From: Victivallales bacterium
GTDB lineage: Bacteria > Verrucomicrobiota > Lentisphaeria > Victivallales > UBA1829
Assembly: GCA_045612485.1 (NCBI GenBank)
Contig: JAZKZE010000109.1
Location: forward strand, 1,483-65,482
DNA: 64,000 nucleotides
Direction: 5' to 3'
The notes beneath the pieces are model-generated. The model made no database searches, was not told where the DNA came from, and saw nothing but the letters and a program-made list of their open reading frames with translations. Positions 1 to 7,374 of this stretch are shown one piece after another (the first letter of the stretch is position 1; every line of letters starts with the position of its first letter). The translations under genes were made by a program, and so were the position numbers.

Positions 1-131
1 ATACCATAATACAATGACAAAAGTTCCCGGTTGGAATTAAGTGCCGCCCGTTGCTGACTTTCAAGAATAGCTTGCTTTAATACAGAAACAGCTTCCTTGA
101 CACCATGAAAATCTAAACTGTTTTCACTCAT
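1..131 (-). CDS. DUF1016/YhcG-like PD-(D/E)XK nuclease family protein, 5' end only (gene continues beyond left edge)
   Basis: Not in the ORF track because it runs off the window. Reverse translation from the ATG at 131 gives MSENSLDFHGVKEAVSVLKQAILESQQRAALNSNRELLSLYYG. This resembles the conserved N-terminal pattern of YhcG/DUF1016 proteins (..AALAVNRELIxLYWxIG). Its start overlaps the hsdM stop as ATGA (128-131). Confidence 0.5.
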   Translation of the reverse strand, partial: MSENSLDFHGVKEAVSVLKQAILESQQRAALNSNRELLSLYYG

Positions 132-1624
132 TTCAGCAGCTCCTTCAACGCTTTCAGTTCTGTCTGGAACTGTGTTTCAAGTTCTTCTATTTCTGCCAGT
201 AATTGTTCGGTCGGCGGATATTCCTCTGCAACATATTCAGTTTCTTTGTATTTATTGACGGAAAGGTCATAGGCGTTAGCAACGATTTCTTCCTTGGTAA
301 CAAAGAAGGATTGTTCGGTCCTCTTGCGGTCAACTTCTTTATCCAGAGCCTTAAAACGTGCGATAATATCAGGAATGTCATTTTCCGAAACAGCATTTCG
401 CTTGTCATCCAGACTGAAGCCGTCAGCTTGCATATCATAAAACCAGACCTTATCGGTACCACCGTGGTCAGTCCGAGTAAAAATCAAAATAGCCGTTGAT
501 ACCCCGGCATAAGGCTTGAACACCCCGGAAGGCATAGAGATTACAGCTTCCAGACGATGATCTTCCACCAACTTCTTGCGAATAGCTTTGTGAGCATTAG
601 AGCTGCCGAACAGTACTCCGTCAGGCACAATACAGGCACACCGTCCGCCCACCTTCAGCATTCGCAGGAAAAGAGCAATAAAGAGTAATTCCGTCTTTTT
701 AGTACTACACATTTTGAGCAAGTCAGCTGCTACAATATCTGCGTCCAAACTGCCCTTAAACGGGGGATTGGCAAGAATCAGAGAATATTTATCTTTATCA
801 GGGTTCTGGTCTGACAGACTATCCCGGTATTCAATAGTAGGATTGGTCACTCCGTGACTCATCATATTCATCGCACCGATCCGCAGCATCGTGCTATCCG
901 TATCGTATCCATGGAACATTGCATTCAGAAAATGATTTTTATTGGTCTGATCATGGAATATCTCATTTTTATGTGTTTCCCGCATATATTCACAGGCATT
1001 TATCAAAAAGCCAGAAGTACCACAAGCAGGATCGCAAATAATTTCCTTTATTCCGGGATTCATTAATTCGACCATCATTCGGATAATATGTCGCGGCGTA
1101 CGAAATTGTCCATTAACCCCTGCCGTTTCCAGTTTTGAAAGCAAATACTCATATACATCACCACGAATATCCATACCAGGCACTTTTGCCATCATGTCAT
1201 AGATTTCATCAAGCGAAGAAACAACTTTTTGTAACAGCAATGGTGTTGGAATCTGAAATAACGCAGTACTCATGTACTTTGCATAAGAACTTTCTTTATT
1301 TGCAAGAGATTTAATAAACGGAAAAACATTTTCTTGCATATTGGAGTACAATTTTTGTGCAGGAAAATCACGAAATACAGACCATTTCAGTTGAGTTCCG
1401 GCTACTTTGTGTTCACCAATAGTTACTTCCGCTTTAAAGATACTTTTATGCTCCAAGTGCAACATCTGGGCACTTTTGGCTTTTCGGTTATCTTCATCAT
1501 CCAGATCGTGGATAAACATGAGGTAGGTCATTTGTTCAATCACACTTAAGGGGTTTACAACCCCACCAGTCCAGAAAGTTTCCCACAAGCTATTGATTTT
1601 ATTTTTAAGTTCACCAGTTATCAT
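128..1624 (-). CDS. hsdM: Type I restriction-modification DNA methyltransferase subunit HsdM (N6-adenine)
   Basis: ORF 128..1702. Motif I is ICDPACGTSGFL and motif IV is LILANPPFKGS. The HsdM_N-like N-terminus reads MITGELKNKINSLWETFWTGGVVNPLSVIEQMTYLMF. Start placed at ATG 1624, with GAGGA 4 nt upstream; the longest ORF starts at 1702. Confidence 0.9.
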   Translation of the reverse strand: MITGELKNKINSLWETFWTGGVVNPLSVIEQMTYLMFIHDLDDEDNRKAKSAQMLHLEHKSIFKAEVTIGEHKVAGTQLKWSVFRDFPAQKLYSNMQENVFPFIKSLANKESSYAKYMSTALFQIPTPLLLQKVVSSLDEIYDMMAKVPGMDIRGDVYEYLLSKLETAGVNGQFRTPRHIIRMMVELMNPGIKEIICDPACGTSGFLINACEYMRETHKNEIFHDQTNKNHFLNAMFHGYDTDSTMLRIGAMNMMSHGVTNPTIEYRDSLSDQNPDKDKYSLILANPPFKGSLDADIVAADLLKMCSTKKTELLFIALFLRMLKVGGRCACIVPDGVLFGSSNAHKAIRKKLVEDHRLEAVISMPSGVFKPYAGVSTAILIFTRTDHGGTDKVWFYDMQADGFSLDDKRNAVSENDIPDIIARFKALDKEVDRKRTEQSFFVTKEEIVANAYDLSVNKYKETEYVAEEYPPTEQLLAEIEELETQFQTELKALKELLK

Positions 1625-1979
1625 AAAATCCTCTTTTTCTAAAAATATTAAAACATCCCGTAATGTACCATAAACCATTAATTTTTCAAGAGGATTCTGC
1701 AATTATGAAAAATATTTTTTAGACATTTACATTTGATTACAAAATAACTGTATCTTAATATAGAAAGTGAATATATACTCAGCTATGGCACAAAAAGTAA
1801 CCCCGGGGTTACTCTTTTGAGCGGTACAATCCCACTCCTATCTAAAAAAAAGCCGGAAGGAAGGCTTGTACTCCTTCAACTTCCGGGATGCAATTATTTT
1901 GAGTATGGGGGCATCACGTCCATACATTCCTTACAGAATCATACTGTAAGGGTTCGCAGAGATTCTGCTCCTGGCGGGG

Positions 1980-2708
1980 TTAATTCCATAATTCAGGACG
2001 TGTTCCATCCAGACCGAAACAACGATTGAGTGCCATGTAAGAATGATCTACACGTTGAGGCGTGTATTTCTTTATGGTCTCTGTAAAAGCATTAAGCAAG
2101 CTCCATCTTGTAGGTTCTGCAAACTCTTCATGCTGCGGTGTTTTGAATTCCTTGAAAACTGGCACAATATCAGAAGAGTTGATCGCTCCCAACTCGGCGG
2201 CTCTGACAATGCGGGATCTTGCTTCATCATCATTTTTGAGATAAATGACTTTCAGATCTTCGCAGACTGTTTCCAGCATAAGGAACTCGTTTTCAAGTTC
2301 CGTTACTGCAACATCCACAAGTTCGGTAAGCTCTATCCTTGAGGTATGCCGTCGTTTGATTACCGTCGTTCCTCCAAAAGCCAGATTGGAACAAACACGA
2401 ACATTGATCCCCGCAGAAAGCCCCACAGCAAAACTCTTGTCGTGGGAATTTCGCAGACCGATACATCTGCTCCATTCTGAACTGGAACTTTTATTGATCC
2501 GCATCACTCCAAAGAGTTTCTGTCCCTCACGGGCAAGTCCGAAGTTCTCTTCCAGAATCTGCCAGGAATGAGCTTTCACTACATCAGTCACTGCCTCAAT
2601 TACTTCCATGTGGGGAACAGGTTTCCAACTCTCTGTTGCTGTTGGCGTCGGAACAAGAGCAATTTCAGCACGATCAACATACTTTCCTTCACACATTGTA
2701 AGTCCCAT
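1980..2708 (-). CDS. DUF932 (phage/plasmid-like) domain protein
   Basis: ORF 1980..2747. The core GLRNSHDKSFAVGLSAGINVRVCSNLAFGG is typical of DUF932/DUF945. Start placed at ATG 2708 (MGLTM), with GGAGG 5 nt upstream, just after the upstream gene's stop at 2711. Confidence 0.7.
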   Translation of the reverse strand: MGLTMCEGKYVDRAEIALVPTPTATESWKPVPHMEVIEAVTDVVKAHSWQILEENFGLAREGQKLFGVMRINKSSSSEWSRCIGLRNSHDKSFAVGLSAGINVRVCSNLAFGGTTVIKRRHTSRIELTELVDVAVTELENEFLMLETVCEDLKVIYLKNDDEARSRIVRAAELGAINSSDIVPVFKEFKTPQHEEFAEPTRWSLLNAFTETIKKYTPQRVDHSYMALNRCFGLDGTRPELWN

Positions 2709-2710
2709 AT

Positions 2711-3484
2711 TTACCTCCATTTCTTGCAGCGGTCTGCATAGGGACACTCATTGCAAGTAAAGTTCGTTTCATTGGGATAGAAGTTGCCGCTATTCACGCT
2801 TCGTTCGATCTGATTTGCCAGAGAAACAAACCTATCAAGCTCATCATTTGTGCGTAAAGTATAGTAGTTATTGACAGTTGGCGACTTTGCCTTTGTTATG
2901 ACATCAAAACGGAAAAGCGGATTTTCACCAAACTTTTCTCTGTAAGCATAACAAAATACAGTAGCCTGCAAATCCTTATCCGCTTTATCAATGGGCCACT
3001 TTGCAGATGCCGTTTTCCAGTCAACAATACAGTTATCGTGACCATCTGTCACCACGCAATCAAACTCACCAATAAGAGGTTTACTCAATCCGGGGACAGT
3101 AACAGAAAACCCTTCGGCAACTTTCTGAACCGCATAATCATCTGCCCAGTTTTCACAGGCTTTTTCCAGCATCCTGATCCCCGTTTCAAGCAAAGAATCG
3201 TAACTCTCATTCTGCTTATAGATCAGGTTTGCCACAACCTCCGTTTCCACCTTGAAAAAGTCCTCAAAAACATCCACAACCTCACGGACAGACATATCTT
3301 TTCCGATCCTTGCCCGTTCAGAAAGTGCCGCGTGAATAGCACGTCCAAAGGGAAAACAGGAAGAGGTGCGTTCCGGCTCAACCTTATCAATATAGCGGAA
3401 CTGATATTTCAAAGGACAACCCAGAAAACACTGAAACGCCGAATAGGACCAGTGGGGCAGCTCTTTCAAATTTACAATATTCAT
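2711..3484 (-). CDS. PD-(D/E)XK exonuclease, Cas4/RecB-like, with Cys cluster
   Basis: N-terminal motif FLGCPLKYQFRYI. Nuclease core GEFDCVV...IVDWKTA (D...D/ExK). C-terminal CNECPYADRC fits a Cas4-type Fe-S Cys arrangement. Confidence 0.7.
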   Translation of the reverse strand: MNIVNLKELPHWSYSAFQCFLGCPLKYQFRYIDKVEPERTSSCFPFGRAIHAALSERARIGKDMSVREVVDVFEDFFKVETEVVANLIYKQNESYDSLLETGIRMLEKACENWADDYAVQKVAEGFSVTVPGLSKPLIGEFDCVVTDGHDNCIVDWKTASAKWPIDKADKDLQATVFCYAYREKFGENPLFRFDVITKAKSPTVNNYYTLRTNDELDRFVSLANQIERSVNSGNFYPNETNFTCNECPYADRCKKWR

Positions 3485-3897
3485 GCTGCCCTCCAGGAGT
3501 TAATGAGGTTGGAACACTGACTTTTGGTCAACTGTTCTACACTTGCAACACCATGCTGTGCGGCAATTTGTGCTGGCGATATTCCTTTGTTTCTTGCAAG
3601 ATCAAGCATAAATTTGATCTGTTTGGGAGATGCAGGAATTCCATTATTTGCCTGTGGGTGTTGATTAGTCTGAACTTGTGCTGTTGGCGTATTATTCTGC
3701 ACAGGCACACTTTTTCCATGCAGTTCTGCCTCAACAGAATTACGTACCATTTCAAAGGTGGCATGGATGCGGTTCTGTAATTCATTCTGGCTCAATCCAT
3801 CAGGCAATTCAACCTCAATAGAAGCGTGATAGGACTGACTTGTAAATTCCCCATCAGCGGGGACTTTTTTGCTGTAAGAAGCGTTTAATTTAAGCAT
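3481..3897 (-). CDS. hypothetical protein (MGE-associated)
   Basis: ORF 3481..3933. Start placed at ATG 3897 (MLKLNASY), with AAGGAA upstream. Its stop overlaps the downstream nuclease start as ATGA (3481-3484). No recognisable catalytic motif. Confidence 0.5.
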   Translation of the reverse strand: MLKLNASYSKKVPADGEFTSQSYHASIEVELPDGLSQNELQNRIHATFEMVRNSVEAELHGKSVPVQNNTPTAQVQTNQHPQANNGIPASPKQIKFMLDLARNKGISPAQIAAQHGVASVEQLTKSQCSNLINSWRAA

Positions 3898-3965
3898 TTT
3901 ATTTTCCTTTCTCTTGATTTTTGTAAATTTCACGTTATATTTTGTGTAAACACAGGAGCAGATTC

Positions 3966-4154
3966 ATGGATCATCGAATAGAAAAATTCAAACTATGGTT
4001 GAAAAATCCGCCGGTAATGAAATTTCCGGTTCCTGTAAATTTGCCTGCGTTTTCCAAAAAGTCATTTCGCAATTATGAAGAAATGAACAAATGGAAACAG
4101 GAATATCTCAAAGAAATTGCTGCACAAGGCGGTATTAAATGGAAGAAATCCTGA
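3966..4154 (+). CDS. small hypothetical protein (62 aa) upstream of the BrnA-like antitoxin
   Basis: ATG at 3966 with AGGAG 9 nt upstream. Stops 10 nt before the next gene. No family recognised, and it does not resemble BrnT/DUF497. Confidence 0.45.
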   Translation: MDHRIEKFKLWLKNPPVMKFPVPVNLPAFSKKSFRNYEEMNKWKQEYLKEIAAQGGIKWKKS

Positions 4155-4163
4155 AAAAATAAT

Positions 4164-4391
4164 ATGCGAAAGGCTGTGCGTAAAGAGTATGATTTCAGTA
4201 AGGCTGTGAAGAATCCGTATATCCGCAAAAAGGCAAAAACTCCTGTCACGATCCGACTGGGTGCAACAACGGTGGATTACTTCAAATCTCTTTCGGAAGA
4301 GGCAAATCTGCCGTATCAGACACTTATCAATTCCTACTTAACGGATTGCGCAAAGCGTAAACTGAAACCGCAGATTGCCTGGAATGAATGA
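4164..4391 (+). CDS. BrnA/CopG-like antitoxin family protein
   Basis: The 75-aa protein MRKAVRKEYDFSKAVKNPYIRKK..VTIRLGATTVDYFKSLSEEANLPYQTLINSYL matches the BrnA_antitoxin pattern (eYDFSka..npY, itIRLd.dvl.wFk, gYQTliN). Confidence 0.65.
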   Translation: MRKAVRKEYDFSKAVKNPYIRKKAKTPVTIRLGATTVDYFKSLSEEANLPYQTLINSYLTDCAKRKLKPQIAWNE

Positions 4392-4396
4392 TTTTG

Positions 4397-5764
4397 TTAA
4401 ATCGCCATTCTGATCCGTTCGATGGCACGCTTGGCAAGGATGAAATCGCGCTCTTTCTGCTTCTGCGTCAGAGCTACTTCCTTAACCTTGCGGCTCAATG
4501 CGTTTGATTCTTCAAACATGGCTTTCAATTTACTGCGCAATGCTTCAATACTTGCAGAAAGTTCTTCCAGAGGATTGTTTTCCTGCGCAGCTTCACCATT
4601 GTTAATGCTTGTGGTGCTGATGGTTGCAATTTTACTTTCGTTAGACATTGTTTCATTCTCCTTTTCGTTGTTTTGTGTTGTTTGAGTAGTATTTTCTGTC
4701 TGTTTTTGAGTTGTCTGAAGTAAGGGCATGGCTATAAATTGCCCCAGACCTCCTGTCGCAATAAAAGGACTGTGGCAAACTGCGGCACATTCCAGTTTGG
4801 TATGCCCCTGTGAGAGCAGATGCATCAGGATTTCTTTACTTACTGCCATTGCAAAAACATTCTTTTCAACGGCAAATTCAGCAGGAAATTCTTTCTTCTG
4901 CTCCTTATGTTTCAGAATAAGAGTACATTTATCCTTCATTTCCAGATCAATAGTTGTGTGAGGCTTTTCATCCGGGATGGTTTTCAGAAAAGCAATCATT
5001 TCTTTGCCTTGCTGTTCACTGAAAGTAACAGTGTTGGGAAGATTCTTGCTGTCAGGAATGATCGTTTTCCAGTCAGGGTATTTGCCCTGAATCCCCTTGC
5101 CGCACCAACGCCATGCACCGGTAACGATCTCAAAAAAAGTTTCCTCTTTTTCTTTCCATGTGATCAAATGCCCCTGTGCCTCGCTCTTTGTTGCAAGAAG
5201 CGGTAAAGGAAATGGCAAAATCAATTCATCCATATTGAGCGGAAGAGGAGTATTCAAGAGTTCCCTGCCGTTGGTCACAGTAATTCCATCTCTGCTCAAC
5301 TGGACTCCCTGCAACACCTTTCTATACTCATTTCTATTGATGACAGGTACTGCTGTTGCAAGCAGTTCCACAAAAGATGAGGGCAGTGTGAGAAAATGTT
5401 TTTTGCTTTCTTCTGCTGTGGGGGCGGCAGGAAAATCGCACTTTACTGGTGTAAGAAGTTTGCCATCTATAAGCATGAAATTTTTATCGGTCTCAAATAT
5501 GAGATCCTTATTTCTGCTGCCCTTGACAGCTATTCTCAATGCTTCAAAATCAGCAATACAAGTAAAGGCTTCTGTGAAGGAACTTTCCATTGTAAAGAAA
5601 AGATGCTCCACTCCATTTGTAGTTTCAAATACTAATTTCCCGTTTTTGCCTTTTATGCGGATAGATTTATTTGCTTCCACAGGCGAGGTTCTTGTTACAA
5701 GTTTCCCCAGAGCAGCAAGAGCTCCGGCAAGTTCATTTTTTACGATTTCAAATTTCATTTTCAA
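4397..5764 (-). CDS. DnaN-like sliding clamp (DNA polymerase III beta subunit homolog) with ~95-aa C-terminal Q/T/N-rich and coiled-coil extension
   Basis: The body is collinear with bacterial beta clamps: MKFEIVKNELAGAL..., YRKVLQGVQLSRDGITVTNGRELL (compare RYYLNGM...ATDGHRLA), GKYPDWKTIIP (compare GRFPDYRRVLP), and FIAMPLL near the end of the clamp body. Extra tail QTTQKQTENTTQ...LRSKLKAMFEESNALSRKVKE. Start overlaps the upstream gene as ATGA. Confidence 0.7.
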   Translation of the reverse strand: MKMKFEIVKNELAGALAALGKLVTRTSPVEANKSIRIKGKNGKLVFETTNGVEHLFFTMESSFTEAFTCIADFEALRIAVKGSRNKDLIFETDKNFMLIDGKLLTPVKCDFPAAPTAEESKKHFLTLPSSFVELLATAVPVINRNEYRKVLQGVQLSRDGITVTNGRELLNTPLPLNMDELILPFPLPLLATKSEAQGHLITWKEKEETFFEIVTGAWRWCGKGIQGKYPDWKTIIPDSKNLPNTVTFSEQQGKEMIAFLKTIPDEKPHTTIDLEMKDKCTLILKHKEQKKEFPAEFAVEKNVFAMAVSKEILMHLLSQGHTKLECAAVCHSPFIATGGLGQFIAMPLLQTTQKQTENTTQTTQNNEKENETMSNESKIATISTTSINNGEAAQENNPLEELSASIEALRSKLKAMFEESNALSRKVKEVALTQKQKERDFILAKRAIERIRMAI

Positions 5765-6126
5765 TCCTTTCTTATGAGGCTGTAAACCTCTATCATTTTT
5801 GGTGTTAAGTAGATGAGTGATGCGATAAAAGCAATAAGCACAAAGCCCAATGAAGCCATCTTCAAAGGACTCATTACACTTGCTGTTGCTTTGGAAAAGG
5901 CTTTCGGATCTTTTTCGGCAATGGTATTCAAACTTTCCTCAATACCGTTACTGATCTTGTAGGCAGTTATGATCGTTCCTGCGGCTGCTCCCCCTGCTGC
6001 TATGTGCTGCCAGGTGACTACCGGCGGACGGTGAATGGTTTTATGCGGGACTCTGTGACTTCTTCCATAACAAGCTGTAACAGCAAGAAATACAAGAAGA
6101 AACAATATATATTTAGTATTACTCAT
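5761..6126 (-). CDS. small membrane protein (2 predicted TM segments)
   Basis: ORF 5761..6363 trimmed to ATG 6126 (MSNTKYILFLLVFLAVTA). This start overlaps the upstream stop as ATGA (6123-6126). Hydrophobic N- and C-terminal segments. Confidence 0.5.
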   Translation of the reverse strand: MSNTKYILFLLVFLAVTACYGRSHRVPHKTIHRPPVVTWQHIAAGGAAAGTIITAYKISNGIEESLNTIAEKDPKAFSKATASVMSPLKMASLGFVLIAFIASLIYLTPKMIEVYSLIRKD

Positions 6127-6875
6127 TGCATATATACCTTTCTGCAAGATTCCCTGCAAGATGTAATGATTTGATAAAGTGCCTGTGTAAGAGTTTGGGG
6201 CATTTGCTTGTAGCATTTTATGAGATCTCCTATACACATAGCCGTCCCTCCTGCCGCCATTCCCACCGCAATAATATCCCCCACAGGAAGAGGTCCATCC
6301 GCCAACGCAGCCGCCGTACTTGCTGCTGCCGTTCCTGCTAATTTTGTACTTACTGAAGCACAAATCCTTCCTGCCGCTGAAAGAGTGCTTTTCAGCATAA
6401 CTGCCTCCATTCCAAGGCCTCCAATAGAGAAAACGGAGATAGTTGCATGACCTCCTACTGCCTCCATCATGTAATTAGTAAATTGTGGACTATCTACATT
6501 TACTCCATAGATTTTAGAGGCTTTTCTGCACTCATCAGTAACAGATCTGATATGCCATGCCATAAAGGCTTGCGCTGTTTTCTTGCCGGTAACTTTATCG
6601 TAGGTAAATTTACAGCACAATTTCAGCACATTTTTAGGACTGCAAAAAGTTTTGACAATATGGGGGACATATTCTCTTGCCTTCCGGAAATGTGTTTCTG
6701 CTTTTCTGTCCAGTTCTTTCAAACGGGCCAGCTTTGAATTGTAAAGTTTTTCCTGGTTCCTCTTTTCCAGAGTTTTAAGCATTTTGTAGCCGATGCCGCC
6801 AATAGCCAATACTCCTGCAAGTAAGGCAAAAAAGATGGTTCTGGATAATGTTTTTGTTTTTCTTCTTACGTTCAT
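6123..6875 (-). CDS. membrane-anchored hypothetical protein (250 aa)
   Basis: AAGGAG lies upstream of ATG 6875. N-terminal TM segment IFFALLAGVLAIGGIGY, and a Gly/Ala-rich hydrophobic C-terminal half. First gene of a three-gene coupled set ending in the clamp homolog. Confidence 0.55.
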   Translation of the reverse strand: MNVRRKTKTLSRTIFFALLAGVLAIGGIGYKMLKTLEKRNQEKLYNSKLARLKELDRKAETHFRKAREYVPHIVKTFCSPKNVLKLCCKFTYDKVTGKKTAQAFMAWHIRSVTDECRKASKIYGVNVDSPQFTNYMMEAVGGHATISVFSIGGLGMEAVMLKSTLSAAGRICASVSTKLAGTAAASTAAALADGPLPVGDIIAVGMAAGGTAMCIGDLIKCYKQMPQTLTQALYQIITSCRESCRKVYMQ

Positions 6876-7239
6876 TTTTGAACTCCTTTTTTGTTTGTTT
6901 TTTTAGTTTCAGGTGTAAAATCCTGTCATCTTATTATGCCAGAAAAAGGAGGATTTTTTAGAAAAAAATTGGGCGTGATAGAATATTTTGAACTTTTAAT
7001 AGTGGCTATTTACAATAAACCCGAATTCTGACAGAATTTCTGCTCAATTACAGCAACTTGCTGTACCTGTTTTTCGCACAATGCAAAGTAGGTCTTATGC
7101 AACAATCTGACGTATAAAACATTATATATTGATATTTAATGAGCTTACGCCCCACTCTATACTTACCCATTTTATTTTTCCTGAACAAGACATACCATTT
7201 TCCTGCAGAAGTAATATATTATTTTTACTTGAAATTCAC

Positions 7240-7267
7240 TTGCAAAACCCTGAACAAATGCTATATT
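7240..7267 (+). promoter_or_regulatory. candidate sigma70-type promoter for the defence operon
   Basis: TTGCAA (7240-7245), a 16-nt spacer, then TATATT (7262-7267), about 108 nt upstream of ATG 7375. Weak, motif-only call. Confidence 0.3.
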
Positions 7268-7374
7268 TACCGTACAGATACAAAATCTTTGAAAATTGAA
7301 ATCGGCAAAGCAAAAAAAAACGTCCCATCTAGCAGTCGAAAAAATTCAGGTTGTTGTAAAGAGAAAGAATAATA

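Noticed and set aside
6127-6363. N-terminal extension of ORF 5761..6363
   Set aside because: It overlaps the 3' end of the upstream gene (6123-6875) and is Gly/Cys/Tyr-rich. The ATG at 6126 gives an ATGA-coupled start followed directly by a hydrophobic N-terminal (TM) segment.
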